Source: a virus
Taxonomy: Duplodnaviria > Caudoviricetes
Length of the DNA: 59,235 nucleotides
Strand: one strand, 5' to 3'
IMG/VR virus record: IMGVR_UViG_3300017774_004719
Location: 1-59,235 of that record
The notes beneath the pieces are model-generated. The model saw only the letters and a program-made list of their open reading frames with translations. It made no database searches and had not been told where the DNA came from. Below are positions 9,724 through 16,628 of this stretch, in pieces; the first letter of the stretch is position 1, and the number at the start of each line of letters is the position of its first letter. Position numbers and translations under genes: made by a program.

Positions 9724-9944
9724 TGGCAACGCCCACCGAGTTCTGGAACCATGTGCCCACCGGTTTGGGCATGCCTGCAGGCGACGCCCTGGTGGAGTTG
9801 CATGAGCGGGTGGCAGAGCTGCACCTGATCCATGGCCTGACCACCGGCCAGCCGCTGACCGTGACCCCAACGAGTCGGCAGGCCGGCCCAGTGCTGCAGG
9901 CCATCGCCACAGCCGGCGAGACGGTGACGGTGAGCCGTGCTTGA
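9723..9944 (+). CDS. Small protein paralogous to the C-terminus of 8578-9723
   Basis: ATP.E.W.HV...GM.AGD.L.E.H...L...HGL..G..LTVTPT.R.AG.V.QA.ATA..TVTV.R is shared. Confidence 0.8.
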   Translation: MATPTEFWNHVPTGLGMPAGDALVELHERVAELHLIHGLTTGQPLTVTPTSRQAGPVLQAIATAGETVTVSRA

Positions 9945-10362
9945 TCCGCTTCGCATAGCGCTGCAGGGCCTGGGCTTTCCGCTCACGCCCATCGCCATCG
10001 CTGTTCAAGGCCTGATTGAGCAGATCCAAGAAGAGGCACGCGACGACGACACGATTGGTGGCGGCCGCGGGCGACCCGGGCGCCTGGCGTGGCTGTTCGG
10101 CGCACCGGCTGTGCGCACCCGGCAGCAGCCCGGCAAGGTGGGCGCCGATGTCACCGAGGCCGAGGTTCGTGCGCAGTGGGAGCTGCTGGAGGCGCGGCAG
10201 GCCGCCCAGGCCAAGCCGCCCGCGGCCAAGGCCGAAGTGCCGCAACCCCTTGCGCAACCCCTTGCGCCGCCCATCACCGCGCAGCGCGCCGAACCCGATC
10301 TAGTGGCCGCGTTGGAGGCCGACGACGACGAAGCCCTGGCGCTGATCCTGGCGCAGCTGTGA
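9937..10362 (+). CDS. Hypothetical protein with acidic DDDEALALIL tail
   Basis: Overlaps the upstream stop; ends just before motif copy 3. Confidence 0.65.
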   Translation: MLDPLRIALQGLGFPLTPIAIAVQGLIEQIQEEARDDDTIGGGRGRPGRLAWLFGAPAVRTRQQPGKVGADVTEAEVRAQWELLEARQAAQAKPPAAKAEVPQPLAQPLAPPITAQRAEPDLVAALEADDDEALALILAQL

Positions 10363-10363
10363 T

Positions 10364-10378
10364 CGTTCCGGGCATGGC
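10364..10378 (+). promoter_or_regulatory. Late-module motif, copy 3
   Basis: CGTTCCGGGCATGGC between the 9937 stop and the scaffold gene. Confidence 0.75.
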
Positions 10379-10432
10379 ACTGTGGTGACTTCAGCCCTTG
10401 GGTTTCCCATCCTTCTACCTGCGGAGTCGCGC

Positions 10433-11431
10433 ATGAGTGCAGACCAAACCAGCAACCCCAGCCAAGACTTGGCCGATGGCCTTGCCACCTTGACCGATGA
10501 AGAGCGCGCTGCGCTGACCGAGGACGTTGACGACCTCAAGCGCGATGACAGCGCCATCGAAGATGACGACGATGACGACGGCAAGGCGGACGACGCGCCC
10601 GCCGACGAAGCCGAGCCGGACGATCTGCCGGCGGACAAGCCCGCAAAGCCCGCGGTGCAGGACGAAGCCGCTGACGAAGCGGCCGAGCCCAGCGCTGATC
10701 CCGCTGCGGCCCAGGCCGACGACACCCCCGACCCCGACGCACGCAAGGTGCGCGTGCCCGCCTTTGAGGCGCAGCTGCCTGCCGACTTTGAGGAGCGCAA
10801 GACGGCGCTGCAGACCCGCGAGGACGAGGCCGAGCAGAAGTACGAGGACGGCGAGATTGACCGCGCCACGCTGCGCGCCACGCTGCGCGAAGTGGCAGCC
10901 GAGCGCGAAACCCTGGTGCGCATCCAGACCAAGGTGGAGCTCGCCCAGGAGATGGCCGAGCAGGAGGCAAGCCGCGAGTTGCGCAGCGCCGTGAACAAGG
11001 TGATGGAGCAGGGCAAGGCCGACGGCATCGACTACAACAAGGACGAGCACTGGGGCGAGCTCAAGGCCTTCGTCACTGTGGTGGAGGCGCGCAACCCCAC
11101 CAAGTCGGTGGATTGGGTGATGAGGGAAGCGCACCGCCGCGTGCTGCTGGCCAACGACATCGAGCCGGCCGCCGGCAGCAAGACCAACGCGCCGGCACCC
11201 AAGCCTGCAGCCAAGGCTGACCCCAAGGCCGAGGCGATTGCCCGCCGCAAGCCTGACGCCAGCAAGGCCCAGCCCACGCTGGCCCAGGTGCCAGGCGGCG
11301 ACGGCCCGGGCGATGTGGGTAGCGAGTTTGCTGACATCGACGCGCTGGACGGCGACAAGTACGAGGCGGCCCTTGAGCGACTGCGCAAGTCGAACCCCGC
11401 GGCCTACGAAAAGTACATGGCCGAAGCCTGA
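10433..11431 (+). CDS. Capsid scaffolding protein
   Basis: Acidic N-terminus, central coiled coil, C-terminal PTLAQVPG...EFADID.L; lies upstream of the capsid gene. Confidence 0.75.
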   Translation: MSADQTSNPSQDLADGLATLTDEERAALTEDVDDLKRDDSAIEDDDDDDGKADDAPADEAEPDDLPADKPAKPAVQDEAADEAAEPSADPAAAQADDTPDPDARKVRVPAFEAQLPADFEERKTALQTREDEAEQKYEDGEIDRATLRATLREVAAERETLVRIQTKVELAQEMAEQEASRELRSAVNKVMEQGKADGIDYNKDEHWGELKAFVTVVEARNPTKSVDWVMREAHRRVLLANDIEPAAGSKTNAPAPKPAAKADPKAEAIARRKPDASKAQPTLAQVPGGDGPGDVGSEFADIDALDGDKYEAALERLRKSNPAAYEKYMAEA

Positions 11432-11637
11432 TGGACACCGCGCGCTCTCAAATGATCGTTGACCTGCAGCCCGGCGAGGGCGTGCGGGTTGGCGATGTGG
11501 TGGTGGAGCTGGTGCACAAGAGCGGGCGCGCGGCGCGCCTGCGCTTGTCAGCCCCGCGAGAAACGCGGATTGACCGACGGCCGCTGCAAGCCGAAGCCGA
11601 ACCCGTTCCGGGCATGGCTCAATATCAACCAGGCTGA
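11431..11637 (+). CDS. Small CsrA/RsmA-fold-like protein
   Basis: MIVDLQPGEGVRVGDVVVELVHKSGRAARLRLSAPRETRIDR aligns by eye with CsrA (L.R..GE.L.IGD.V.V.VL...G.QVRIG..AP..V.V.R). Confidence 0.55.
   Translation: MDTARSQMIVDLQPGEGVRVGDVVVELVHKSGRAARLRLSAPRETRIDRRPLQAEAEPVPGMAQYQPG
11604..11618 (+). promoter_or_regulatory. Late-module motif, copy 4
   Basis: CGTTCCGGGCATGGC inside the 3' end of the 11431 ORF, about 80 nt before the capsid ATG. Confidence 0.75.
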
Positions 11638-11697
11638 AAACGACAGCCGTTCCGAGCGCAGGAGTGCTCTTTCAACTCACATTGAAGGAGTCTCCAC

Positions 11698-12846
11698 ATG
11701 GCACGCACCATCATTGGCGTGAATGACCCGAAAGCGGTCAAGAAGTACAGCGGCAACCTCGCCCTGGACGTTTCGCAAAAGAGCTACTGGAACCAACGGT
11801 TCATGGCCAAGGGTGACACCGCCGAGGTGCCCATCCAGATCCTGACCGACTTGGAATCGGACGCGGGTGAGCAGATCACCTATGACTTGCTGGCCGAACT
11901 GCGCATGGCGCCGGTCGAAGGCGAGGACAACCTTGAGGGCAACGAAGAGGGCCAGAAGTTCTACACCGACGCGGTGTATATCGACCAGGCCCGCTGCGGT
12001 GTGAACACCGGCGGCAAGATGACCCGCAAGCGCACGCTGCACAACCTGCGCCAGCGAGCTCGCCAGCAGCAATCCAACTGGTGGGCTCGCGTGATTGACG
12101 AGCAGCTGTTCATGTACGTGAGCGGCGCCCGCGGTATCAACCCGAACTTCTTGTTCCCGATCGGCTACACCGGCCGGGCCAACAACCCGTTCGCCGCCCC
12201 CGACGCCCAGCACGTCCTGTACGGCGCTGAGTTGAATGCTTCCGGTGCTGAAGTCAACGGCGCCACGGCCTTCAACAACATCGACGCGGCCGACCGCTTC
12301 AGCCTGAAGATCATCGACCGCGCCAAGACCCGCGCCGATGTCCAAGGTGGTGGCGCAACCGGCGTGCCGGTCCTGCAGCCCTGCAAGATCGACGGCAACG
12401 AAACCTTCGTGTGCGTGATGCACCCGTGGCAAGAGGACGACCTGCGCGCCCAAACCGCCACCGGCCAGTGGATGGACATTCAGAAGGCCGCCGCCGGTGC
12501 CGAAGGCCGCAACAACCCGCTGTTCAAGGGCGGCTTGGGGATGTACCGCAACGTCATCCTGCACTCGCACCGCAACGTGATCCGCTTCAACAACGCCGGC
12601 GCTGGCGGCAACGTGGAAGCGGCCCGCGCCCTGTTCCTGGGTTCGCAGGCTGCCGTGTGCGCCTACGGCTCGCCGGGCACCAACCTGCGCTTCGACTGGC
12701 ACGAAGAAACCCGCGACAACGGCGACAAGGTGGTGATCTCCAGCAGCTCGATCTTCGGCTGCAAAAAGACCCGTTTCACCATGGACGGCGTGGGCGACCA
12801 AGACTTCGGCGTGTTCGCTCTGGACACCGCTGCAGCTTCGCGCTGA
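11698..12846 (+). CDS. Major capsid protein (N4-gp56 / DUF4043 type)
   Basis: Strong GAAGGAG RBS; MARTIIGVNDPKAVKKYS, LESDAGEQITYDL, LEGNEE, IDQAR.GV, NPLFKG.LGMY, ARALFLG.QA. Confidence 0.9.
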   Translation: MARTIIGVNDPKAVKKYSGNLALDVSQKSYWNQRFMAKGDTAEVPIQILTDLESDAGEQITYDLLAELRMAPVEGEDNLEGNEEGQKFYTDAVYIDQARCGVNTGGKMTRKRTLHNLRQRARQQQSNWWARVIDEQLFMYVSGARGINPNFLFPIGYTGRANNPFAAPDAQHVLYGAELNASGAEVNGATAFNNIDAADRFSLKIIDRAKTRADVQGGGATGVPVLQPCKIDGNETFVCVMHPWQEDDLRAQTATGQWMDIQKAAAGAEGRNNPLFKGGLGMYRNVILHSHRNVIRFNNAGAGGNVEAARALFLGSQAAVCAYGSPGTNLRFDWHEETRDNGDKVVISSSSIFGCKKTRFTMDGVGDQDFGVFALDTAAASR

Positions 12847-12877
12847 TCTGCAACCGACACAGGACTAGGAGAGCAAC

Positions 12878-13345
12878 ATGCCTTTTGCTGCAACCAACGA
12901 CCAGATCACTGGCCGCCGCCCCATCCGAGTGCCTGCGGGCGCAGAGGTGGTTTCCGAGCGCTTCACCGTCAACGTGACGACTGGCGACCTGGCCCTCAAC
13001 AGCACCGGCGTTATCGGCATCCTGCCGGCCGGCTGCGTGCCTGTTGATGTGATCGTGGACGCCACCGACGTGGACTCGGGCGCTGCCGCCCTGGTGCTGC
13101 AGGTGGGCATCGCCAACGCTGCCGCAACCGACCTGAGCACGGCTGCCGCCGATGGCGGCGCGAACTGGGGCGCCACCACGGCCGCCAACACCGCGTTCAC
13201 CCAGCGCTTGGGCTTCAACGCTCAAGCACTGGTGTCGGTGCGCAAGGCCGATGTGGACCGCCCGCTGGGCATCAAGGTGGCCACCGCGCCGACCACGCCT
13301 GTGGCCGGCACCCTGGGCGTGACGCTGCTGTATCGCGCGGCCTGA
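12878..13345 (+). CDS. Putative capsid decoration/cement protein
   Basis: AGGAG RBS; directly follows the capsid gene and precedes a terminator; beta-rich. Confidence 0.6.
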   Translation: MPFAATNDQITGRRPIRVPAGAEVVSERFTVNVTTGDLALNSTGVIGILPAGCVPVDVIVDATDVDSGAAALVLQVGIANAAATDLSTAAADGGANWGATTAANTAFTQRLGFNAQALVSVRKADVDRPLGIKVATAPTTPVAGTLGVTLLYRAA

Positions 13346-13374
13346 CGCATCGCAGGCGGCAACGCCTTGTGACC

Positions 13375-13409
13375 AAGGGGTGGTGTGGCCAACGCGCCAC
13401 CCCTTTTTT
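13375..13409 (+). terminator. Rho-independent terminator
   Basis: AAGGGGTGGTGTG-gccaa-CGCGCCACCCCTT followed by a T run. Confidence 0.85.
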
Positions 13410-13432
13410 GTTCCTTTCACCTGGGGCCAGCC

Positions 13433-13786
13433 ATGAAGCTGCAAACCGACATCCAGCCGCGCCGCGACGGCAAGCTGACCGTGACCACTGCCGACAAGTC
13501 GGTGATCGTGTTTGAAAAGGACGAGGCGGGCGTGCTGACCGCCGAGGTGGCCGACGCCGCCGCCCAGCAGCAGCTGCTGCGCACGGGCAACTTCTACCCG
13601 GCCGACGAGCGGGATTTCAAGGCAGCCGAAAGCCTCTTGGCCGCCCCTGACGCCGACGACAAAGACCCCGACGACACCGACGACGACGACTTTGAGGGCA
13701 ACGACGACGCGCCCCTGCTGGACGCCAACACGCCGCCCAAGCCGCCGCGCGCCAAGCCCGGCCCGAAGCGTCAGGCCAAGCCCTGA
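13433..13786 (+). CDS. Hypothetical protein (acidic then basic tail)
   Basis: ORF after the terminator; start MKLQTDI. Confidence 0.7.
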   Translation: MKLQTDIQPRRDGKLTVTTADKSVIVFEKDEAGVLTAEVADAAAQQQLLRTGNFYPADERDFKAAESLLAAPDADDKDPDDTDDDDFEGNDDAPLLDANTPPKPPRAKPGPKRQAKP

Positions 13787-13797
13787 TTGGTTGAGCC

Positions 13798-14418
13798 ATG
13801 GCGCTGTGGTCAGACCTGTACCCTGAGCTGCTGATCGCGGCGCCCGGCGCGGCCGACCCGCTGCTGGATCGTTCGCTTGCGCGTGCGGCGCAGGAGTTCT
13901 ACCGCCGCACGCGGATCTGGCGCCAGTGGCTTGCCCCCATCACCGTGCTGGCCGCGACCCGCGGCTACACCCTGACCCTGCCGGCCGACACCAATGTGGT
14001 GCGGCTGGAGTTCGCCAAGCGCAACGATGGCGATTTCCCGATCCTGAGCCAGCGCAGCATTGACGTGGACCTGGGCTCGCACCAGTGGCGCGAACACGGC
14101 TTGGTTTCGACCGACCGGCGCACCATCACGTTGGCGCGCGACCTACCAGCCGGTGACGTGCTGCGCATCGAGGCGTCACTGATGCCCGACTTGGAAACGG
14201 CGACCGGCATTGCTGACGCCGACCTTGACCAGTACGGCCGGGACATCGCAGAAGGCGCAAAGGCGATCTTGCTCTCGCAGAACCGCGCACCCTGGGCCGA
14301 CCCAGCTGGCGCGGCTGAAGCCCGCAACAAGTTCGACATCGCCATTGGCTGCAAGGCCTGGGATTCGTACCGCGGCATGACCAACGGCGTGCCCCGCGCC
14401 CGACCCAAGTGGTGCTGA
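13798..14418 (+). CDS. Putative head-tail adaptor protein
   Basis: W.DLYPEL....PGA.DP....L..AA.EF..RT.IWR and PWADP motifs; position after capsid genes. Confidence 0.6.
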   Translation: MALWSDLYPELLIAAPGAADPLLDRSLARAAQEFYRRTRIWRQWLAPITVLAATRGYTLTLPADTNVVRLEFAKRNDGDFPILSQRSIDVDLGSHQWREHGLVSTDRRTITLARDLPAGDVLRIEASLMPDLETATGIADADLDQYGRDIAEGAKAILLSQNRAPWADPAGAAEARNKFDIAIGCKAWDSYRGMTNGVPRARPKWC

Positions 14419-14419
14419 C

Positions 14420-15088
14420 ATGAGTTTCCCCGCTCAAGACTTGGTTCAACGCGCAGCAACGACGCTGGCCGACGAGACGGGCACCCGGTGGGATGCCCGC
14501 GAGTTGGTGCGCTACCTGAACGATGGCCAGCTGATGCTGGTGGCCGATCGGCCTGACGCCTACGCGACCCGCGGCAACGTGAGCCTGGTTGCCGGTGTGC
14601 GGCAGACCGTGCCAGGCGCGAAGTTCATGGACTGCCTGGGCAACGTCAGCGGCGCGCCCTGCAGGCAGGTGGATCGCTTGGGGCTTGACGCAACCCGCCC
14701 AGGCTGGCGAGGTGAGGCCAGCACGGCCAGCCCGCGCAACTGGATGCACGACCCACGCGACCCGCTGGTGTTTGAGGTGTACCCGCCGGCGCTGAACACC
14801 GCGCAGCTGCAGCTGGTGTACGCCGTGACGCCAACGCCGGTGACTGAGCCCGCGGCCAACACCGGCCCCAGTGCTGTCACCGGCACGGTGAGCCTGAACG
14901 ACATCTTCTTTAGCCCGCTGGTGGACTACGTGCTGTACCGCGCCTACCTGAAGGACGGCGAGCACCCGGCCAACGCAGAGCGGGCCGACCGCCACTACGC
15001 CGCTTACCGCCAGGCCTTGGGGCTTGAGGTGCAGGCCACCGCCGCCGTCACCCCGCGCCCCGATCGCCCGGGGCAGCCCAACTCATGA
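14420..15088 (+). CDS. Putative adaptor / tail tubular A-like protein
   Basis: L.DE...RW...EL..YLNDG...RPDA, F.VYPP and LVDYVLYRAY.KD motifs. Confidence 0.65.
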   Translation: MSFPAQDLVQRAATTLADETGTRWDARELVRYLNDGQLMLVADRPDAYATRGNVSLVAGVRQTVPGAKFMDCLGNVSGAPCRQVDRLGLDATRPGWRGEASTASPRNWMHDPRDPLVFEVYPPALNTAQLQLVYAVTPTPVTEPAANTGPSAVTGTVSLNDIFFSPLVDYVLYRAYLKDGEHPANAERADRHYAAYRQALGLEVQATAAVTPRPDRPGQPNS

Positions 15089-15381
15089 GGCCCGCAATGC
15101 AGCAATCCGTCGTGGACGAAAAACACCTAGAGATGCTCTCCAGGCACATCGCCAATCTGGAAGAACGAATGATCGACCCGCGCGAGTTTGGCCGGATGGA
15201 GCAGGAGGTTAAGCAGCTGACCGCACAGGTGGCCGGCATGCAAGCCACGTTGACCGAAATCAACAACACGCTGTCGCAGGCAAAGGGTGGCTGGCGCACC
15301 TTGATGCTGTTGGGCGGCGCTGGCGCTGCCGCGGGCTCCCTGGTGACGTGGGCGCTGTCGCACGTCCGGTTGCTGCCATGA
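15085..15381 (+). CDS. Coiled-coil plus C-terminal TM protein (holin/antiholin-associated)
   Basis: IDPREFGRME...AKGGWRTLMLLGGAGAAAG; sits just before the holin. True start may be 15169. Confidence 0.6.
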   Translation: MRPAMQQSVVDEKHLEMLSRHIANLEERMIDPREFGRMEQEVKQLTAQVAGMQATLTEINNTLSQAKGGWRTLMLLGGAGAAAGSLVTWALSHVRLLP

Positions 15382-15617
15382 AGCTGCTGGACGACTGGAC
15401 CGTGATCTTGCGCCGCGCCTGGAGCGTGCGCTTGGCCCTGCTGTCTGCCGTGCTGGGCGCCGTGGAAATCGGCGTGCAGTTCCTGGCCGCGAGCCAACCA
15501 ACCCCGTACTTCGCCATCGCTTCCGCGCTGACCAGTTTGGCGGCAGCCATTGCCCGGATCGTGGCCCAACCGAAGGCGTTCCAGCATGAACAAGCCGATC
15601 CCGACCGCGCCGAGTAA
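15378..15617 (+). CDS. Holin
   Basis: MKLLDDW..ILRRAWSVRL, two TM segments, ARIVAQ; upstream of the lysozyme. Confidence 0.75.
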   Translation: MKLLDDWTVILRRAWSVRLALLSAVLGAVEIGVQFLAASQPTPYFAIASALTSLAAAIARIVAQPKAFQHEQADPDRAE

Positions 15618-16107
15618 GTTTGGTGCCAGCCCCAAGGGCAAGCTCGCCGCCGCAGCCGTGGCGCTGATGACGGCCGGGCTTGCGGGCCATGAGGGCGTGC
15701 GCATGGTGGCCTACGCCGACCCCATCGGCATTCCCACCATCTGCCTGGGCCAGACCAAGGGCGTGAAGCTGGGGCAGACCGCCACGCTGGAGCAGTGCTT
15801 GGCCTGGGCCGGCAAGGACGCCATGCGTGCGGTGGAAATCGTGCTGGACTGCAACCCCAACACCGAGTTCACCCCGCACCAGCTCGCCGCCTTTGCGGAC
15901 ATCGCCTACAACGTCGGCCCCCGGCCGGTGTGCGACCGCAAGAACAGCACCATGGCCCGGCTGCTGGAGCAGAACCGCGCGCTCGATGCCTGCTACGAGT
16001 TCCCCAAGTGGAACAAGGCCCGCTTGGCGGGTGTGCTGACCCCGTTCCCTGGCCTGACCAAGCGCCGCGAGGCCAACAAGGCGCAGTGCCTGACGGGGGT
16101 TGTATGA
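15586..16107 (+). CDS. GH24 lysozyme, probably SAR-type endolysin
   Basis: Ala-rich N-terminal anchor, then the E-8x-D-5x-T triad (HEGVRMVAYADPIGIPTIC), YNVG, GLTKRR. Confidence 0.9.
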   Translation: MNKPIPTAPSKFGASPKGKLAAAAVALMTAGLAGHEGVRMVAYADPIGIPTICLGQTKGVKLGQTATLEQCLAWAGKDAMRAVEIVLDCNPNTEFTPHQLAAFADIAYNVGPRPVCDRKNSTMARLLEQNRALDACYEFPKWNKARLAGVLTPFPGLTKRREANKAQCLTGVV

Positions 16108-16628
16108 CCCTTTCCCTCAAGCTGATCCTGGGCACGCTGATCGTGCTGATCGCCTTCGCAGGCGGCTACAGCGTGCGCGCCACCAAGGCCGAGGCCGAGA
16201 TTGCAACCCTGGTGGCCAAGCATGAGAAGGCCACCAAGGAGCGCGCCGAGCGCTACGCACGGGATCTGGCCCGCGCCGTGGCCGAAGAACGAGCCGTCAA
16301 CCGTCAACTCCAAGAGGCCCAAGATGCTGAAACCCGCCGCCGTGAGGCTGCTGATGCTGCCCGCCATCGTGCCAATGTTGCTGTTGTCGGGCTGCGGGGC
16401 GAGCTTGCCGACCTGCGAGCAGAGCTTGACGCCCTCAAAAACGATCCCCGCACTCCCGCAAGCTGCAAAGCAGCCGCCCAGGCCGGAGCAATGTGTGCCG
16501 TCCTGCTTGGACGGTGCAACGACCGACGCACAGAGCTGGCGGACTTTGCTGAACGCAGCGCGAGCGCCGGCCAGCTCTGCGTCGATGCCTACCAAGCCCT
16601 GACCCCTGTTGGGCCGCCAGCGCCATGA
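16104..16628 (+). CDS. Rz-like inner-membrane spanin
   Basis: N-terminal TM, coiled coil, C-terminal AG..C..AY.AL. Confidence 0.8.
   Translation: MTLSLKLILGTLIVLIAFAGGYSVRATKAEAEIATLVAKHEKATKERAERYARDLARAVAEERAVNRQLQEAQDAETRRREAADAARHRANVAVVGLRGELADLRAELDALKNDPRTPASCKAAAQAGAMCAVLLGRCNDRRTELADFAERSASAGQLCVDAYQALTPVGPPAP
16324..16602 (+). CDS. Embedded Rz1-like outer-membrane lipoprotein spanin
   Basis: +1 frame inside Rz; lipobox LLLSG|C; Pro-rich mature part. Confidence 0.75.
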   Translation: MLKPAAVRLLMLPAIVPMLLLSGCGASLPTCEQSLTPSKTIPALPQAAKQPPRPEQCVPSCLDGATTDAQSWRTLLNAARAPASSASMPTKP

